Shown: positions 1 to 10,327, counted from the stretch's first letter. The stretch: DNA of 64,000 nt from Clostridia bacterium (GCA_017541375.1 JAFXZE010000005.1:448153-512152), one strand, 5' to 3'. Made by a program: numbers and translations. The notes: generated by a model from the sequence alone, not told the origin.

Positions 1-2
1 TT

Positions 3-620
3 GATGACATGTTCGATGATGATAAATTTGAGGAATTGTTTGCAGAGGTGCAAGCTGAGCAAAAGAGTAAGAAAGGTCCTGTCGTAAAACCAAAAGTAGT
101 TATGGAGCCTGATTCGGGTGAAGAGGAACCCGCTCCAATTGTACCAACTGGTCCTATTGTAAATGTGTATGGCTTGTTCCCTGAGGATGCGCTAAATCAG
201 CGTCTTGAGAAACTCAAAGAGCGTTTGAGAGTAAATGAGAGAGACTTGCGTGGAAACCGCAAAGAGTATGCGCCACTTGCTAGGGTAAAACGAAGTTTGT
301 TGCGTGATCAAGAAAAACTTCGCCGTAAAGAGGCGACTGTCGCTAGAAAGAAAGTACTTTTGTATGGCGTAAATAACTATGCTGATGTAGATGAGGGAAA
401 AGCAAAGCAACTAAGTGAAGATCTAGAACTTTTGGATGCACTCAGACTTTCTGTAAAACAATGCGAAGAAGTTATGGAGCAAAACAAAGACCGCTTCCCA
501 ATTTTGGAAAAAGCAAACAAAATACTAAAAGAGCAAAATCAACAAATTAAAGATGATATTGCCGAAGTTATGTATGCTCTTGAAAAGTACAAAAATGGAA
601 ATGCTAGTGATAATGAATAA
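3..620 (+). CDS. hypothetical Lys/Glu-rich coiled-coil protein; 5' end lies outside the window
   Basis: The frame is open from the window edge to TAA 618-620. A hairpin terminator follows. No catalytic motif was recognised. Confidence 0.6.
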   Translation, partial: DDMFDDDKFEELFAEVQAEQKSKKGPVVKPKVVMEPDSGEEEPAPIVPTGPIVNVYGLFPEDALNQRLEKLKERLRVNERDLRGNRKEYAPLARVKRSLLRDQEKLRRKEATVARKKVLLYGVNNYADVDEGKAKQLSEDLELLDALRLSVKQCEEVMEQNKDRFPILEKANKILKEQNQQIKDDIAEVMYALEKYKNGNASDNE

Positions 621-623
621 CAA

Positions 624-655
624 AATAAATCCGACTAAGTTCGGATTTATTTTGT
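624..655 (+). terminator. intrinsic terminator
   Basis: Stem aaatccga/tcggattt (627-634 / 641-648) followed by a T-run. Confidence 0.7.
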
Positions 656-743
656 TAATTAGAAATTATTGGCCAAATTAGTTGCAAAATTTGTGGTTTT
701 AGCGTTATAATACTATACTAAATAAAAATCGAAGGAGAATATT

Positions 744-1511
744 ATGAAAAAAATTGGAAAAGGTTTGGTTACTGGTGCACTAGCGCTTAGTTTTGTGTGT
801 GGACTACCTTTTATTGGAGGTTGTAACGAAGAACAAATAAAAGATTTAGAAAAGCAAGTAGCCACTCTTACAAGTGAAAAGTCAGCTCTAGAAACAGAAA
901 ACGCTGGATTAAAAACTAGTAAATCAGAATTGGAAACGCAAGTCGCTACTCTTACAGGTGAAAAGAATAGTTTAGTCAGTCAAAATGGAATGTTAAATAC
1001 TCAAAATACATCATTAAATGAAGCTATTAACGGTTTGTTTAAAATGGCGTTTTATGAACTAAATAATAAAATCAATATGCTTGATGATTGTAAATTCAAG
1101 TCGAAAGCTATAGAATATAACGACTTGATTTTGACACTATTTAGTAATAAAGTAATTAAGTTAGACGAAGTTTATGAAGTTACTCAAAATTCAAATGATT
1201 TAACAAATGTTTATAGAGTTAAATTTAGATATAGTAAGGAAGGTTCATTTTGGATATATATAAAAGATTCTACCGAGGTTGGAATGACTGCATTTAATAT
1301 AAAATGGTTGAATGCAGAATTTAATGAAGCTGTTTATTACGAATATACAATTACAGGTGAATCTGAATCTAATATTTACATTAAATATAAAACAGAAATA
1401 CAGGAAGGAGTGATGGATGAACCTGCTACATTAGGTTTTGGGGAGATCTCTAATACAATAAAAAGAGCAACAATATCCAATGAAAACAGAATTGTACTAG
1501 AGCAAGAGTAA
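744..1511 (+). CDS. putative lipoprotein with an N-terminal coiled-coil repeat region
   Basis: RBS ggagaa upstream. Signal peptide with lipobox FIGGC. Repeated LE.QVATLT.EK heptad-like segment. Terminator aagagt-gaa-actctt at 1512-1532. Confidence 0.75.
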   Translation: MKKIGKGLVTGALALSFVCGLPFIGGCNEEQIKDLEKQVATLTSEKSALETENAGLKTSKSELETQVATLTGEKNSLVSQNGMLNTQNTSLNEAINGLFKMAFYELNNKINMLDDCKFKSKAIEYNDLILTLFSNKVIKLDEVYEVTQNSNDLTNVYRVKFRYSKEGSFWIYIKDSTEVGMTAFNIKWLNAEFNEAVYYEYTITGESESNIYIKYKTEIQEGVMDEPATLGFGEISNTIKRATISNENRIVLEQE

Positions 1512-1572
1512 AAGAGTGAAACTCTTTTTTGTGTAAGGTTTTGAATAAGCATTTAAAAAATTGGAGAAAGTT

Positions 1573-2523
1573 ATGTCATTTACAGGTTCTATAAAAAACA
1601 TATTTAAAAATCCAACAGTACGAAAAATTGAAAAAGCTAAAGATAGTGATGTGCTACATTCTCTTAAACTTGGTCTAGCTCTTAGTGGCGGTGGAACACA
1701 CGGCGTAGCTTACATTGGTGTATTCAAGGCCTTTGAAGAGGCGGGGATAAAGTTTGACTACATTGCGGGCACATCAATTGGTTCACTTATGGGGGCACTA
1801 TATAGCGCAGGCATACCTTTATCAGATATAGAGTATCGTGCTCTAAATCTAAAATCTAAAGATATAATGACAAATAAAATTCCATTTATGCCTAGTAAGC
1901 CCGATAAGATGATAGAGCAAACAAGGCAAGCATTGGAAGGAAAAGGGTTTAAAGATTTAAAAATTCCTCTGACAATAGTAGCGGTTGACATTATCTCTGG
2001 TGAGGAAGTACATATTACTAGTGGCGACTTAGCCACTGCCATTACCGCATCTTGTGCGGTGCCTGCAATATTCAATCCTGTTACTTTTGGAAAATATCGA
2101 CTATATGATGGTGGGTTAAGAAATAATATTCCAGCTGATGTTGTGCGTGAAATGGGGGCGGATATTGTGATAACTGTGGATGTAAACCCAACTAGAGGAT
2201 ATGGAACGGAAAGTGAGAAATATATCGACCTTATGAAAGCGGCGTTTAGAATTTTGATGAAATCCAACTCGGTAAATGGCTATATTCAGTCAGATTATGT
2301 GCTTAAAATTGACCTATCTAAATATGCTTCGACAAAGCTTAAAGATGTGGACGAAATGATGAATATTGGTTACAATGTGACCAAAACTCAGATGCCGGAA
2401 ATCTTAAAAGCTTTGGGAATGAGAGTGCCTAATGAAGATGTAAAAGAGACGGTAAAGCGTTTGAAGATGATGAAGAAACGAGCTAAGATGCTTGAACGCG
2501 AGAAAAAGCATGTGGATGAGTAG
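1573..2523 (+). CDS. patatin-like phospholipase
   Basis: Oxyanion GGGTHG, nucleophile elbow GTSIG (GxSxG) and catalytic DGG are present. ATG 1573 follows RBS ggagaaag; the ORF track start at 1561 is TTG. Confidence 0.85.
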   Translation: MSFTGSIKNIFKNPTVRKIEKAKDSDVLHSLKLGLALSGGGTHGVAYIGVFKAFEEAGIKFDYIAGTSIGSLMGALYSAGIPLSDIEYRALNLKSKDIMTNKIPFMPSKPDKMIEQTRQALEGKGFKDLKIPLTIVAVDIISGEEVHITSGDLATAITASCAVPAIFNPVTFGKYRLYDGGLRNNIPADVVREMGADIVITVDVNPTRGYGTESEKYIDLMKAAFRILMKSNSVNGYIQSDYVLKIDLSKYASTKLKDVDEMMNIGYNVTKTQMPEILKALGMRVPNEDVKETVKRLKMMKKRAKMLEREKKHVDE

Positions 2524-2596
2524 TAAAATACTTTGAAAAAGTTGACTAAAAAATGACTAAATGATATACTTTTGTCGAAGAAAGGAGGTAGTGATA

Positions 2597-3358
2597 ATGT
2601 CAGAAAAGGGTTCGATTACCAGAGAGACAAAGACTGCAAGAATTAATTTTCCTTCAGGGAAAAGTGGCGGTAATCTGGGAAATAATTCTAAAAAGCAATT
2701 TAAAAATGCATGGTCAACTTTTGGGATAATAGGCATTATTTTATTGGTATGCGTTTTGGCTGGTGGAATCTTGGTGGGCAGTGTGGCTTGTTATTTTGCT
2801 TGTCAAAATGACTGTTTCAAGCTAAACGGAGATAAAGAAGTAGAACTTTACGTAGGACAGACATATAATGATCCTGGCTGTACCGTCATTGAGTTTGGGC
2901 AAGACATTAGTGATAAGGTGGTGCGCTCAGGCTCATTTATGGAGCTGACTGATGGCACATCACAAACCGAAGGGTCATTTTACATAAAATATACTGTAGA
3001 TACATTTAAATATGGCAAGCTTTTTACCATATATATGGGAAGAATTATTACTTTTGTAGCACCAAGTGAAAGTGATGATGTAGTAGAGTTTTATTTAGAG
3101 GCTGGAGATAAAATAGCGACTAGTGTTGGGGAGAGTTATTCGGAAAGTGTTGTAAAACATTGTGTTTACAACGAGGATACTGAAGAATGGTCAAAAGAGG
3201 ATATTACTACTGTGGAGATAATTTATCCAGAAAACTTTTTGGATGAAGGAAATAAAATAAAATCAGCTGGGACTTTTGAAATAATTTATAAGTTTACTCT
3301 AAACGGGGTAGAGCAACAACTAGTACAAACAGTCCAAGTTGCTGAGGGAGGTGCATAA
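2597..3358 (+). CDS. membrane-anchored protein with an Ig-like (DUF5011-like) extracellular domain
   Basis: Strong RBS aaaggagg before ATG 2597. One TM helix. The pattern GDKEVELYVGQTYNDPGCTV resembles the DUF5011 Ig-like fold (from memory). The stop overlaps the next start (TAATG). Confidence 0.6.
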   Translation: MSEKGSITRETKTARINFPSGKSGGNLGNNSKKQFKNAWSTFGIIGIILLVCVLAGGILVGSVACYFACQNDCFKLNGDKEVELYVGQTYNDPGCTVIEFGQDISDKVVRSGSFMELTDGTSQTEGSFYIKYTVDTFKYGKLFTIYMGRIITFVAPSESDDVVEFYLEAGDKIATSVGESYSESVVKHCVYNEDTEEWSKEDITTVEIIYPENFLDEGNKIKSAGTFEIIYKFTLNGVEQQLVQTVQVAEGGA

Positions 3359-4704
3359 TGGCTAAGAAAAAAAGTAAAGGGAAATTTATAGCTTTTTTGG
3401 TGGCTGGATTGGGTGTATTTGTATTGGGATTTGTGTTGGGATTTGGCGGATTAATTTATCTAAATGCTCCCCAATATGATGAACTAAAAGTAAATGGCGT
3501 ACCAATAGAAGAAGTAAATGATACTTTTTATAGAGACAATGATAAATCGCTTGATGTGAAAACAGCTGATGTAGGATATCAACCAGAAACTGAAACAAAT
3601 ACGGCTGAAACTACAGATCATGGAGATGAAACTCAATCAGAAACAGTTCACAATAATCTGGCAGTAGAAAATGCAGGGATTTCAATTCACTTTTTAGAAC
3701 TTGGCAATAAATATACTGGAGATTGCACATATATAAAGACAGACACTTGCGATATCCTTATTGATTGTGGTTCAAAAGCTACTAGTGTGCCATATGTATC
3801 GGCTTACCTAAATCAGTATGTGTCAGATGGAAAACTTGAGTATGTGATTATTACTCATGCTCATGAAGATCACTATGCGGGTTTTGCTACATCAAAGTTT
3901 GAAGAAAGCATTTTTGGTTTGTATGAATGTCAAACAATTATTACATTTAGCCAAACTAACCAGAAACCAACCTCTACAAAATATAAAAATTATGTTACCA
4001 ACCTAAATCAAGAAATAGCGTCAGGAGCCCATCACTACACCGCATTAGAATGTGTAAATGGCGCTATGGAGGAAGGAACTGCAGTTGATGGAGATAATCC
4101 TCAGGCAGTATTTAATGTGGGTAGTCATGTGACTATGACTATAGTAAATAGTTTGTTCTACACTAAGAAAGCATCTACAGAAAATGACTATTCGGTATGT
4201 ACATTATTTACTTATGATGAAGGGGTTCATTCACACAACTATTTCTTCTCTGGTGATCTTGAAAAAGAAGGTGAAGACTGGCTGGCAGCAAATGCTGGAC
4301 TTCCTACTAAAGTAGATTTGTACAAAGCTGGACACCATGGCTCTAAGACATCATCAAATGAAAATTTGATGGCTGTTCTTCAGCCAAAAACCATTTGTGT
4401 GTGTTGCTGCGCAGGTAGCCCAGAATATACAAAAACTAATGAAAATCAATTCCCAACTCAAGCCTTTATTGATCGTGTGGCTCAATATACAACTGATGTT
4501 TATGTGACAACTTTGTGCCTTGATTATAAAGCAACAGACCCAGAAAAGCAATTTACTTCGATGAATGGAAATATTGTTTTCTTAGCAAAGCTTGACACAA
4601 TTGACCTAAAGTTTTCTAATAATTCAGTGCGACTGAAAGATACTGAGTGGTTTAAAACAACTAGAACTATACCAAATGCATGGAGACAAGAAACTGGAGT
4701 GTAG
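3358..4704 (+). CDS. MBL-fold metallo-hydrolase, ComEC C-terminal-domain type, membrane anchored
   Basis: HAHEDH (HxHxDH) motif and a late AGHHGS motif. N-terminal TM helix. Translationally coupled to the upstream gene. Confidence 0.8.
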   Translation: MAKKKSKGKFIAFLVAGLGVFVLGFVLGFGGLIYLNAPQYDELKVNGVPIEEVNDTFYRDNDKSLDVKTADVGYQPETETNTAETTDHGDETQSETVHNNLAVENAGISIHFLELGNKYTGDCTYIKTDTCDILIDCGSKATSVPYVSAYLNQYVSDGKLEYVIITHAHEDHYAGFATSKFEESIFGLYECQTIITFSQTNQKPTSTKYKNYVTNLNQEIASGAHHYTALECVNGAMEEGTAVDGDNPQAVFNVGSHVTMTIVNSLFYTKKASTENDYSVCTLFTYDEGVHSHNYFFSGDLEKEGEDWLAANAGLPTKVDLYKAGHHGSKTSSNENLMAVLQPKTICVCCCAGSPEYTKTNENQFPTQAFIDRVAQYTTDVYVTTLCLDYKATDPEKQFTSMNGNIVFLAKLDTIDLKFSNNSVRLKDTEWFKTTRTIPNAWRQETGV

Positions 4705-4935
4705 AGAAAAAAGAGTCTATTAGATAGGCTTTTTTTGTTTTGTCAATAGAACAATGTAGAAAAAATCAAAATTAAAAATGTGGAAAACTCAAAATTTTTT
4801 TTACTCAAAAATTGGGATAAAGTGAAAATTTAATATTATGTGAAAATTCTCGTAATATAAAAAAAGAAATAGAAATTTTTTTGAAAAATTGGTAAACAAA
4901 TCCAATTTTAATTTGTGCATTTTGCACAAAAAATA

Positions 4936-4984
4936 ATACTATATATTGTGTTTTTAGTTATGGTATTGACACAACATATTGTGT
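4936..4984. promoter_or_regulatory. two NrdR-box operators upstream of nrdD
   Basis: atactatatattgtgt (4936-4951) and acacaacatattgtgt (4969-4984) both fit the 16-nt NrdR palindrome acaCwAtATaTwGtgt. They are spaced about 33 bp apart. Box 2 overlaps the -35 element and the spacer. Confidence 0.7.
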
Positions 4985-4994
4985 TTTGTATAAT
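4966..4994 (+). promoter_or_regulatory. sigma-A type promoter of nrdDG
   Basis: TTGACA (4966-4971), 17-nt spacer, TATAAT (4989-4994). Confidence 0.65.
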
Positions 4995-5024
4995 TAAACT
5001 AAAATATGAGACAAGGAGTACAAA

Positions 5025-7178
5025 ATGATAAATCAAGTATTAAAAAGAGATGGAACCTATCAAGATTTTGACTTAAAAAAGATTGCAGATGCGATATATA
5101 AGGCTGCTGTTGCATGCAATGGAAGTGACTATGGTGTGGCTGAAGATTTAGCAAAGAAAGCATACGCTCTAATCGAGATAAGAGTGGGCGACAGAGTGCC
5201 TACTGTGGAGGAAATTCAAGACGCTGTAGAATATACCCTTGTAGATAATAGACACTCGCAAACTGCTAAAGCATATATATTATATAGAGAGAAGCGGAAA
5301 ACAGCGCGCGAAAAAAATGCGTTGGTAGGGGCAACTATCGATTTGTTTGATAAATATATCGATGATACTGATTGGTCTACTAAGGAAAATGCAAATATGA
5401 GTAGGTCGGTAGCGGGGTTAAATAACTTTGTTCGTGAAGAGTTTACAAAGAGCTATTGGCTCAATGAGGTGTATCCAGTAAATGTACGAGAGGCACATCT
5501 TAGCGGAGATATTCACTTGCACGATTTGGGCTTTTTTGGTAGCTATTGTGTTGGTTGGGACTTGGCTCAAATTCTCACTTTAGGTTTTACTGGAGTACCA
5601 GGGAAAATTGCATCTGACCCACCAAAACACTTACGTAGTTTCTTGGGGCAAGTTGTTAATGCTACATTTACTCTTCAAGGAGAAAGTGCGGGTGCGCAAG
5701 CATGGAGTAGTTTCGATACATATTGTGCTCCGTTTATTGCTTATGACAACCTTAGTTACGACGAAGTAAAGCAAATTTTGCAAGGTTTTGTATTCAATAT
5801 GAATGTGGCTACTCGTGTAGGATTTCAATGTCCTTTTAGTAACATCACACTTGATATAAAGGTTCACTCATTACTAAAAGACAGACCTGTTATTATCGGA
5901 GGGGAATATAAAGACAAGACTTATGGTGATTTTCAAGCAGAGATGGACATGTTTAACCTTGCACTTTGTGAAGTAATGATGCAAGGTGATGCTAATGGCA
6001 GAATTTTCACTTTCCCAATACCTACTATCAATATCACCAAAGAGCTCGACTGGGATAGTCCTGTATTCAATGCGATTATGGATATGACTTGTAAATATGG
6101 TATTCCATATTTTGCAAATTATCTAAACTCAACTCTTAGCCCAGAAGATGCTCTGAGTATGTGTTGTAGATTGCGTCTAGACCTCAAGGAACTACGCAAA
6201 CGTGGTGGTGGATTGTTTGGTTCTAACCCTCTCACTGGCTCTATAGGAGTGGTTACTATCAACCTCCCGCGAATAGGTTATTTGAGTAAGGACAAGGCAG
6301 AATTTCTTGAGCGCGTAGAGAAAATGGCAGAAATTGCTCGCACAAGTCTAGAAATTAAGCGCAAGGTCATTGAAAAACAAACAGACAATGGATTATATCC
6401 GTATTCAGCATTTTATCTTCGTCCTGTAAAAGAGCGCAGTGGTCAATATTGGGCAAATCATTTCGCCACCATTGGGGTGAATGGTATGAATGAAGCATTG
6501 CTAAACCTTATGGGTAAAGATATTACTACACCTGAAGGGCAAGAGTTTGCTATCGAGGTTATGGAATTGTTACGTAAGAAAATGGTGCAATTCCAAGAAG
6601 AAACTGGCAACCAATACAACCTCGAAGCGACTCCAGCAGAGGGTGTGTCAGCTAGACTTGCAAGACTCGATAAGGCAAGATTCCCAGAAATCATCACAGC
6701 TGGAGGCTCTGAGCCATATTACACAAATTCTACTCAAATACCAGTAGGTTATACAGACGATATTTTTGAAGTGGTAAGATTACAAGATAAGCTCCAATCT
6801 ATGTATACAGGCGGAACTGTGCTTCACCTATATTTAGGTGAGAGAATAACTGATCGAGAAACTTGTAAAAATCTTATAAAGAAAATATTTACCAACAATA
6901 GTATGCCATACATTAGCATTACTCCTACATTTAGTGTGTGCCCAGAGCATGGCTACATTGCTGGAGAACATTTCTCTTGTCCACATTGCGGAGCTCCAAG
7001 TGAAGTTTGGTCGCGTGTGGTAGGATACTTTAGATGTGTAAAAGACTTCAACAAATCTAAACAAGCAGAATATTTTGAGCGTAAAAAATTCGTGTTAAAA
7101 CCAGAACAACTCCTTGATAGTGATGAATTAGAGCAACTTCAACGAGAACAAAAAGGATATAGTTCGGCATCGGTATAA
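5025..7178 (+). CDS. nrdD: anaerobic ribonucleoside-triphosphate reductase (class III)
   Basis: N-terminal ATP-cone. C-terminal Zn site CPEHG...CPHCG. Glycyl-radical motif RVVGYF. Length 717 aa. Followed by nrdG. Confidence 0.95.
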   Translation: MINQVLKRDGTYQDFDLKKIADAIYKAAVACNGSDYGVAEDLAKKAYALIEIRVGDRVPTVEEIQDAVEYTLVDNRHSQTAKAYILYREKRKTAREKNALVGATIDLFDKYIDDTDWSTKENANMSRSVAGLNNFVREEFTKSYWLNEVYPVNVREAHLSGDIHLHDLGFFGSYCVGWDLAQILTLGFTGVPGKIASDPPKHLRSFLGQVVNATFTLQGESAGAQAWSSFDTYCAPFIAYDNLSYDEVKQILQGFVFNMNVATRVGFQCPFSNITLDIKVHSLLKDRPVIIGGEYKDKTYGDFQAEMDMFNLALCEVMMQGDANGRIFTFPIPTINITKELDWDSPVFNAIMDMTCKYGIPYFANYLNSTLSPEDALSMCCRLRLDLKELRKRGGGLFGSNPLTGSIGVVTINLPRIGYLSKDKAEFLERVEKMAEIARTSLEIKRKVIEKQTDNGLYPYSAFYLRPVKERSGQYWANHFATIGVNGMNEALLNLMGKDITTPEGQEFAIEVMELLRKKMVQFQEETGNQYNLEATPAEGVSARLARLDKARFPEIITAGGSEPYYTNSTQIPVGYTDDIFEVVRLQDKLQSMYTGGTVLHLYLGERITDRETCKNLIKKIFTNNSMPYISITPTFSVCPEHGYIAGEHFSCPHCGAPSEVWSRVVGYFRCVKDFNKSKQAEYFERKKFVLKPEQLLDSDELEQLQREQKGYSSASV

Positions 7179-7843
7179 TGAGAATTGTAAAATATATCAA
7201 AAATAGCCTGCTAGATTTTCCGGCTCATATCGCGACAATTGCCTTCACTCCAGGGTGTAACTTCCACTGTTGGTATTGCTACAATGAAAGTTTAATCAAT
7301 CAAAAAACGGATGTTACCCAAGAATTTTTAAATTATCTAGATTCGCGTAAAGGCTGGATTGATGGGGTAGTGCTTTGCGGAGGGGAACCCACACTGCAAA
7401 GTGATATAGTAAATTTTATTGATACTATTAAAACCAAAGGATTTGATGTAAAACTTGATACGAATGGCACCAGTCCCGAGGTTTTATCCTCTCTTATAGA
7501 GAAAAAATTGCTCGATTACATCGCAATGGATGTAAAAGCACCATTTGAAAAATTAAATGCTATGGTTGGTGTTGAGGTGGATACGAAAAAGCTATCTCGC
7601 AGTATGGAAATAATAAAAACAAGCGGAGTAAAACACGAATTCCGCACGACGGTTACACCAGATCTTACTGTGGATGATATCATAGTTTTAGCTAGTCTAG
7701 TGGGGAATGAGTCTACTTACTTTCTCCAACCTTATCAAAAACCTGTTTTGTCGCTCAATTATCCAGAACCGCTCAAAATTGAAACACTTCAAAAATATGA
7801 GCAAATTGCAAAAAACTATGCGCAAAATGTAAAATTGCGGTAA
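7178..7843 (+). CDS. nrdG: anaerobic ribonucleotide reductase activating protein (radical SAM)
   Basis: CNFHCWYC (CxxxCxxC) cluster and GGEPTL motif. The start overlaps the nrdD stop (TAATG). Confidence 0.9.
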   Translation: MRIVKYIKNSLLDFPAHIATIAFTPGCNFHCWYCYNESLINQKTDVTQEFLNYLDSRKGWIDGVVLCGGEPTLQSDIVNFIDTIKTKGFDVKLDTNGTSPEVLSSLIEKKLLDYIAMDVKAPFEKLNAMVGVEVDTKKLSRSMEIIKTSGVKHEFRTTVTPDLTVDDIIVLASLVGNESTYFLQPYQKPVLSLNYPEPLKIETLQKYEQIAKNYAQNVKLR

Positions 7844-7929
7844 AAAATGTCGTATTTTGTAAAAAAGGTTAAAATTAATTGCAAAAAAATTAATTCTTTG
7901 GTAAAATTGTCTTCACAATGGAGATAACT

Positions 7930-8460
7930 ATGAAAACAAATTTTATTTTTGTGGGGATGTTACCAAATTATATTAGTCAAGTAGCAGAGATTGTGGCAAA
8001 CAAGCTAGATATGTTTATGATAAACTTTGAAGACATGATTCAAGAGGAAATTGGGACTGCCACTACTTTAAATAATATGTTAAATAGTACTGATGGACAG
8101 GAAAAGTTGTTGAATATTGAGAAAAAGGTAACCAAAAAGATAGTAGACTTTGAAAATTCTATTGTTTGCATCAGTATTAATGCTATGGTAGAGGAAGACA
8201 ACTTAAAAAAGATTTTGCAAAATGCAAACGCGGTTTATTTGCAGATTTCTCCCCATTTTTTTGAAAAACGCAGTAAAGAAACAGGTGATTTCTTCGAGGC
8301 GGAAATAAGTGATTTGACATTTGGCGAAAAAGATAAAAAGTGGGTGGACACGAGTAAAATTGTTTTAGATTGTTGTAAACTAAAAGTGAAAAAAGCTGCT
8401 AAAAAGCTAACTAAGCTTTGTACGCAATATCTACAAGAAAATAACAAAGAAGAAGCGTAG
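7930..8460 (+). CDS. shikimate-kinase-like protein with degenerate catalytic motifs
   Basis: Has AroK-like length and layout. However, the Walker A position reads GMLPNYIS and the GGG motif position reads CISINA. RBS ggaga lies before ATG 7930. Confidence 0.5.
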   Translation: MKTNFIFVGMLPNYISQVAEIVANKLDMFMINFEDMIQEEIGTATTLNNMLNSTDGQEKLLNIEKKVTKKIVDFENSIVCISINAMVEEDNLKKILQNANAVYLQISPHFFEKRSKETGDFFEAEISDLTFGEKDKKWVDTSKIVLDCCKLKVKKAAKKLTKLCTQYLQENNKEEA

Positions 8461-8525
8461 GGCTTCTTTTTTGTTTGGTTATTTTTTAAATTATTTTTGC
8501 ATAAAATTTTGCTTAAGGGGGTTTT

Positions 8526-8765
8526 ATGCGAAAAATATCGACCGACCTTACAGCAGTGAAAAACCAAATTCTCGAATTGAAAGGGAAATATGTATTTATG
8601 GAGGTAAATCACGGCAGAAAAAAAATACGCCATTATGAGGGCGTAGTGGAGGATATTTATAGTAGCGTTTTTGTGGTGCGCTTAAGTAACGCTACCACTA
8701 ATGAAAAGATGAGTTATAGTTTTAGTGATGTGCTCTGTGGAGATGTAAAAATTGCGGTAAAGTAG
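8526..8765 (+). CDS. veg: Veg family protein
   Basis: 79 aa, alignable by eye to B. subtilis Veg (L.G..v.......GR.K......G.......SVFVV.L.........SYS..D.L). Confidence 0.85.
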   Translation: MRKISTDLTAVKNQILELKGKYVFMEVNHGRKKIRHYEGVVEDIYSSVFVVRLSNATTNEKMSYSFSDVLCGDVKIAVK

Positions 8766-8806
8766 CAATTTTTTGCGGGTTAACTATCAAATTTTAGGGG
8801 GTAAGT

Positions 8807-10327
8807 ATGAGTTTTGAACCAAAATGCGAAGAAATTGTGATAAAATCACTTAAGCAAATATCTAGTGATGAAAATGCAAATGTTATTATAACTTTAGGTG
8901 AAGATTCTAAGGTGAAACTTGTTTCCACTTCAGTTTTTAGCACTGTAGAAAAAGTTGTTCCCAGCACAAAAAGCGCCCAAATTGAGCTGAGAATCAAAGC
9001 TGAAGCAATAGTAAAAAATCAAAATGGCGAATATGAGTGTCTTAAAAATGAAAATGTGATGAGTGTGTTGGTGGTAAATAATTATTTAGATATAAATAGC
9101 CCTGTATTTGCGGTAAGTAAAGTAAAAAGAATAAATTCACAGACGAGCGGAAACAACATTAACGTGGAAACAGTGATTGGACTGAGTATTTATTCTGTGT
9201 TTGAGGAAAAACAAGCCTGCGTAGTAGATGTTGGGGTGGAAAATCAGAAAATCATCACAGCAACGCTAAGTGATATTGTGGCAAACAGCACTCAAGAATT
9301 TAATCTAGAATCTGAGTTAGAACAACCACAAGGGGTGAAAAAGATATTGACCTATGAAAGTGATGTAATTTTGCAAAATGTAGAAGCCGGTAATGATTTG
9401 ATTACGCTGGTTGGTAGTTTAAATACAAATTTGGTATATTTAACTGACGATGAAGTTCCTAAATTGAAAAATCAGTTTTTTTCACAATCATTTTCACATG
9501 AATTGTTGTATTCGAATTTGACTGTAAATGATAAAGTTTGGACAATTTTAGAGTTGAATCAGACCAAACTTGAGCTAGAAGGGGAATTAAATAGTGCAAA
9601 AGGCACAATTTTGCTCTCTGCAAACTTAATGGCAAATGTTTTGGTGCAAAAAGATGAATTAAAACCAATTGTAATAGATGCTTTTTGTCCAGATTATTAT
9701 CTTAATATGACTAGTTGTGCTATAGAAAATCCACAATTGCCAAGTATATTGATTTTATCAGATAGAATTGACGGCAGTGTATCACTTAGCGATGATTCGC
9801 CTCGCATAGATAGGATTTTGTGTGTGACAGAAAGTAATGTGGATGTAGAATCTACAGAAGCGATTGAGCAAGGTGTGATTGTAAAAGGGAAACTATCTTG
9901 TAATATCGTGTTTACCCTAGATGATGAAGAGTGCTCGGTTAATTCTTGCTTTGCAGTGATTCCTTTTGAAAATAGGATAAAATGTGACATTGAGCACAAT
10001 GTGACGGTAGTGGGGAAAGTAAAGGGGGTAGATGCACGCAACAAACGAGCTAAGGAGATTGATATCATCGCTGATGTGGAGTTTTGTATAAGTTCATCAT
10101 CTAGTTCTACAGTCAATATGATATCAAACATTTCGCTTGGGGAAAAACGAAAAAATACGGATTGTGCATTTAAGATTTATTTTGTAGATAGCGCAGAGGA
10201 TTTGTGGGCGCTCAGTAAAAAGTTGGGGGTGTCTTCTCAAGTTCTTTCCGAGCAAAATCCCGAGCTAGAGTTTCCTATTATTGAGCCAAAACAGATTGTA
10301 GTATATCAAGAACGGGTTATATCTTAA
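8807..10327 (+). CDS. SpoVID/SipL-like protein with a C-terminal LysM domain
   Basis: RBS aggggg. C-terminal YFVDSAEDLWALSKKLGVSSQVLSEQNP is LysM-like. The long N-terminal beta-rich region is as in DUF3794 proteins (from memory). Confidence 0.55.
   Translation: MSFEPKCEEIVIKSLKQISSDENANVIITLGEDSKVKLVSTSVFSTVEKVVPSTKSAQIELRIKAEAIVKNQNGEYECLKNENVMSVLVVNNYLDINSPVFAVSKVKRINSQTSGNNINVETVIGLSIYSVFEEKQACVVDVGVENQKIITATLSDIVANSTQEFNLESELEQPQGVKKILTYESDVILQNVEAGNDLITLVGSLNTNLVYLTDDEVPKLKNQFFSQSFSHELLYSNLTVNDKVWTILELNQTKLELEGELNSAKGTILLSANLMANVLVQKDELKPIVIDAFCPDYYLNMTSCAIENPQLPSILILSDRIDGSVSLSDDSPRIDRILCVTESNVDVESTEAIEQGVIVKGKLSCNIVFTLDDEECSVNSCFAVIPFENRIKCDIEHNVTVVGKVKGVDARNKRAKEIDIIADVEFCISSSSSSTVNMISNISLGEKRKNTDCAFKIYFVDSAEDLWALSKKLGVSSQVLSEQNPELEFPIIEPKQIVVYQERVIS

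Noticed and set aside
1758-2267. A 169-codon antisense ORF inside the patatin gene. Similar antisense ORFs lie inside nrdD, the LysM gene, trxB, dnaE, xfp, pth and mfd.
   Set aside because: In every case the host-strand protein has clear family motifs. The antisense ORFs lack start signals.
8235-8633. 132-codon minus-strand ORF bridging the kinase-like gene and veg.
   Set aside because: It crosses an intergenic promoter region and overlaps two supported plus-strand genes.
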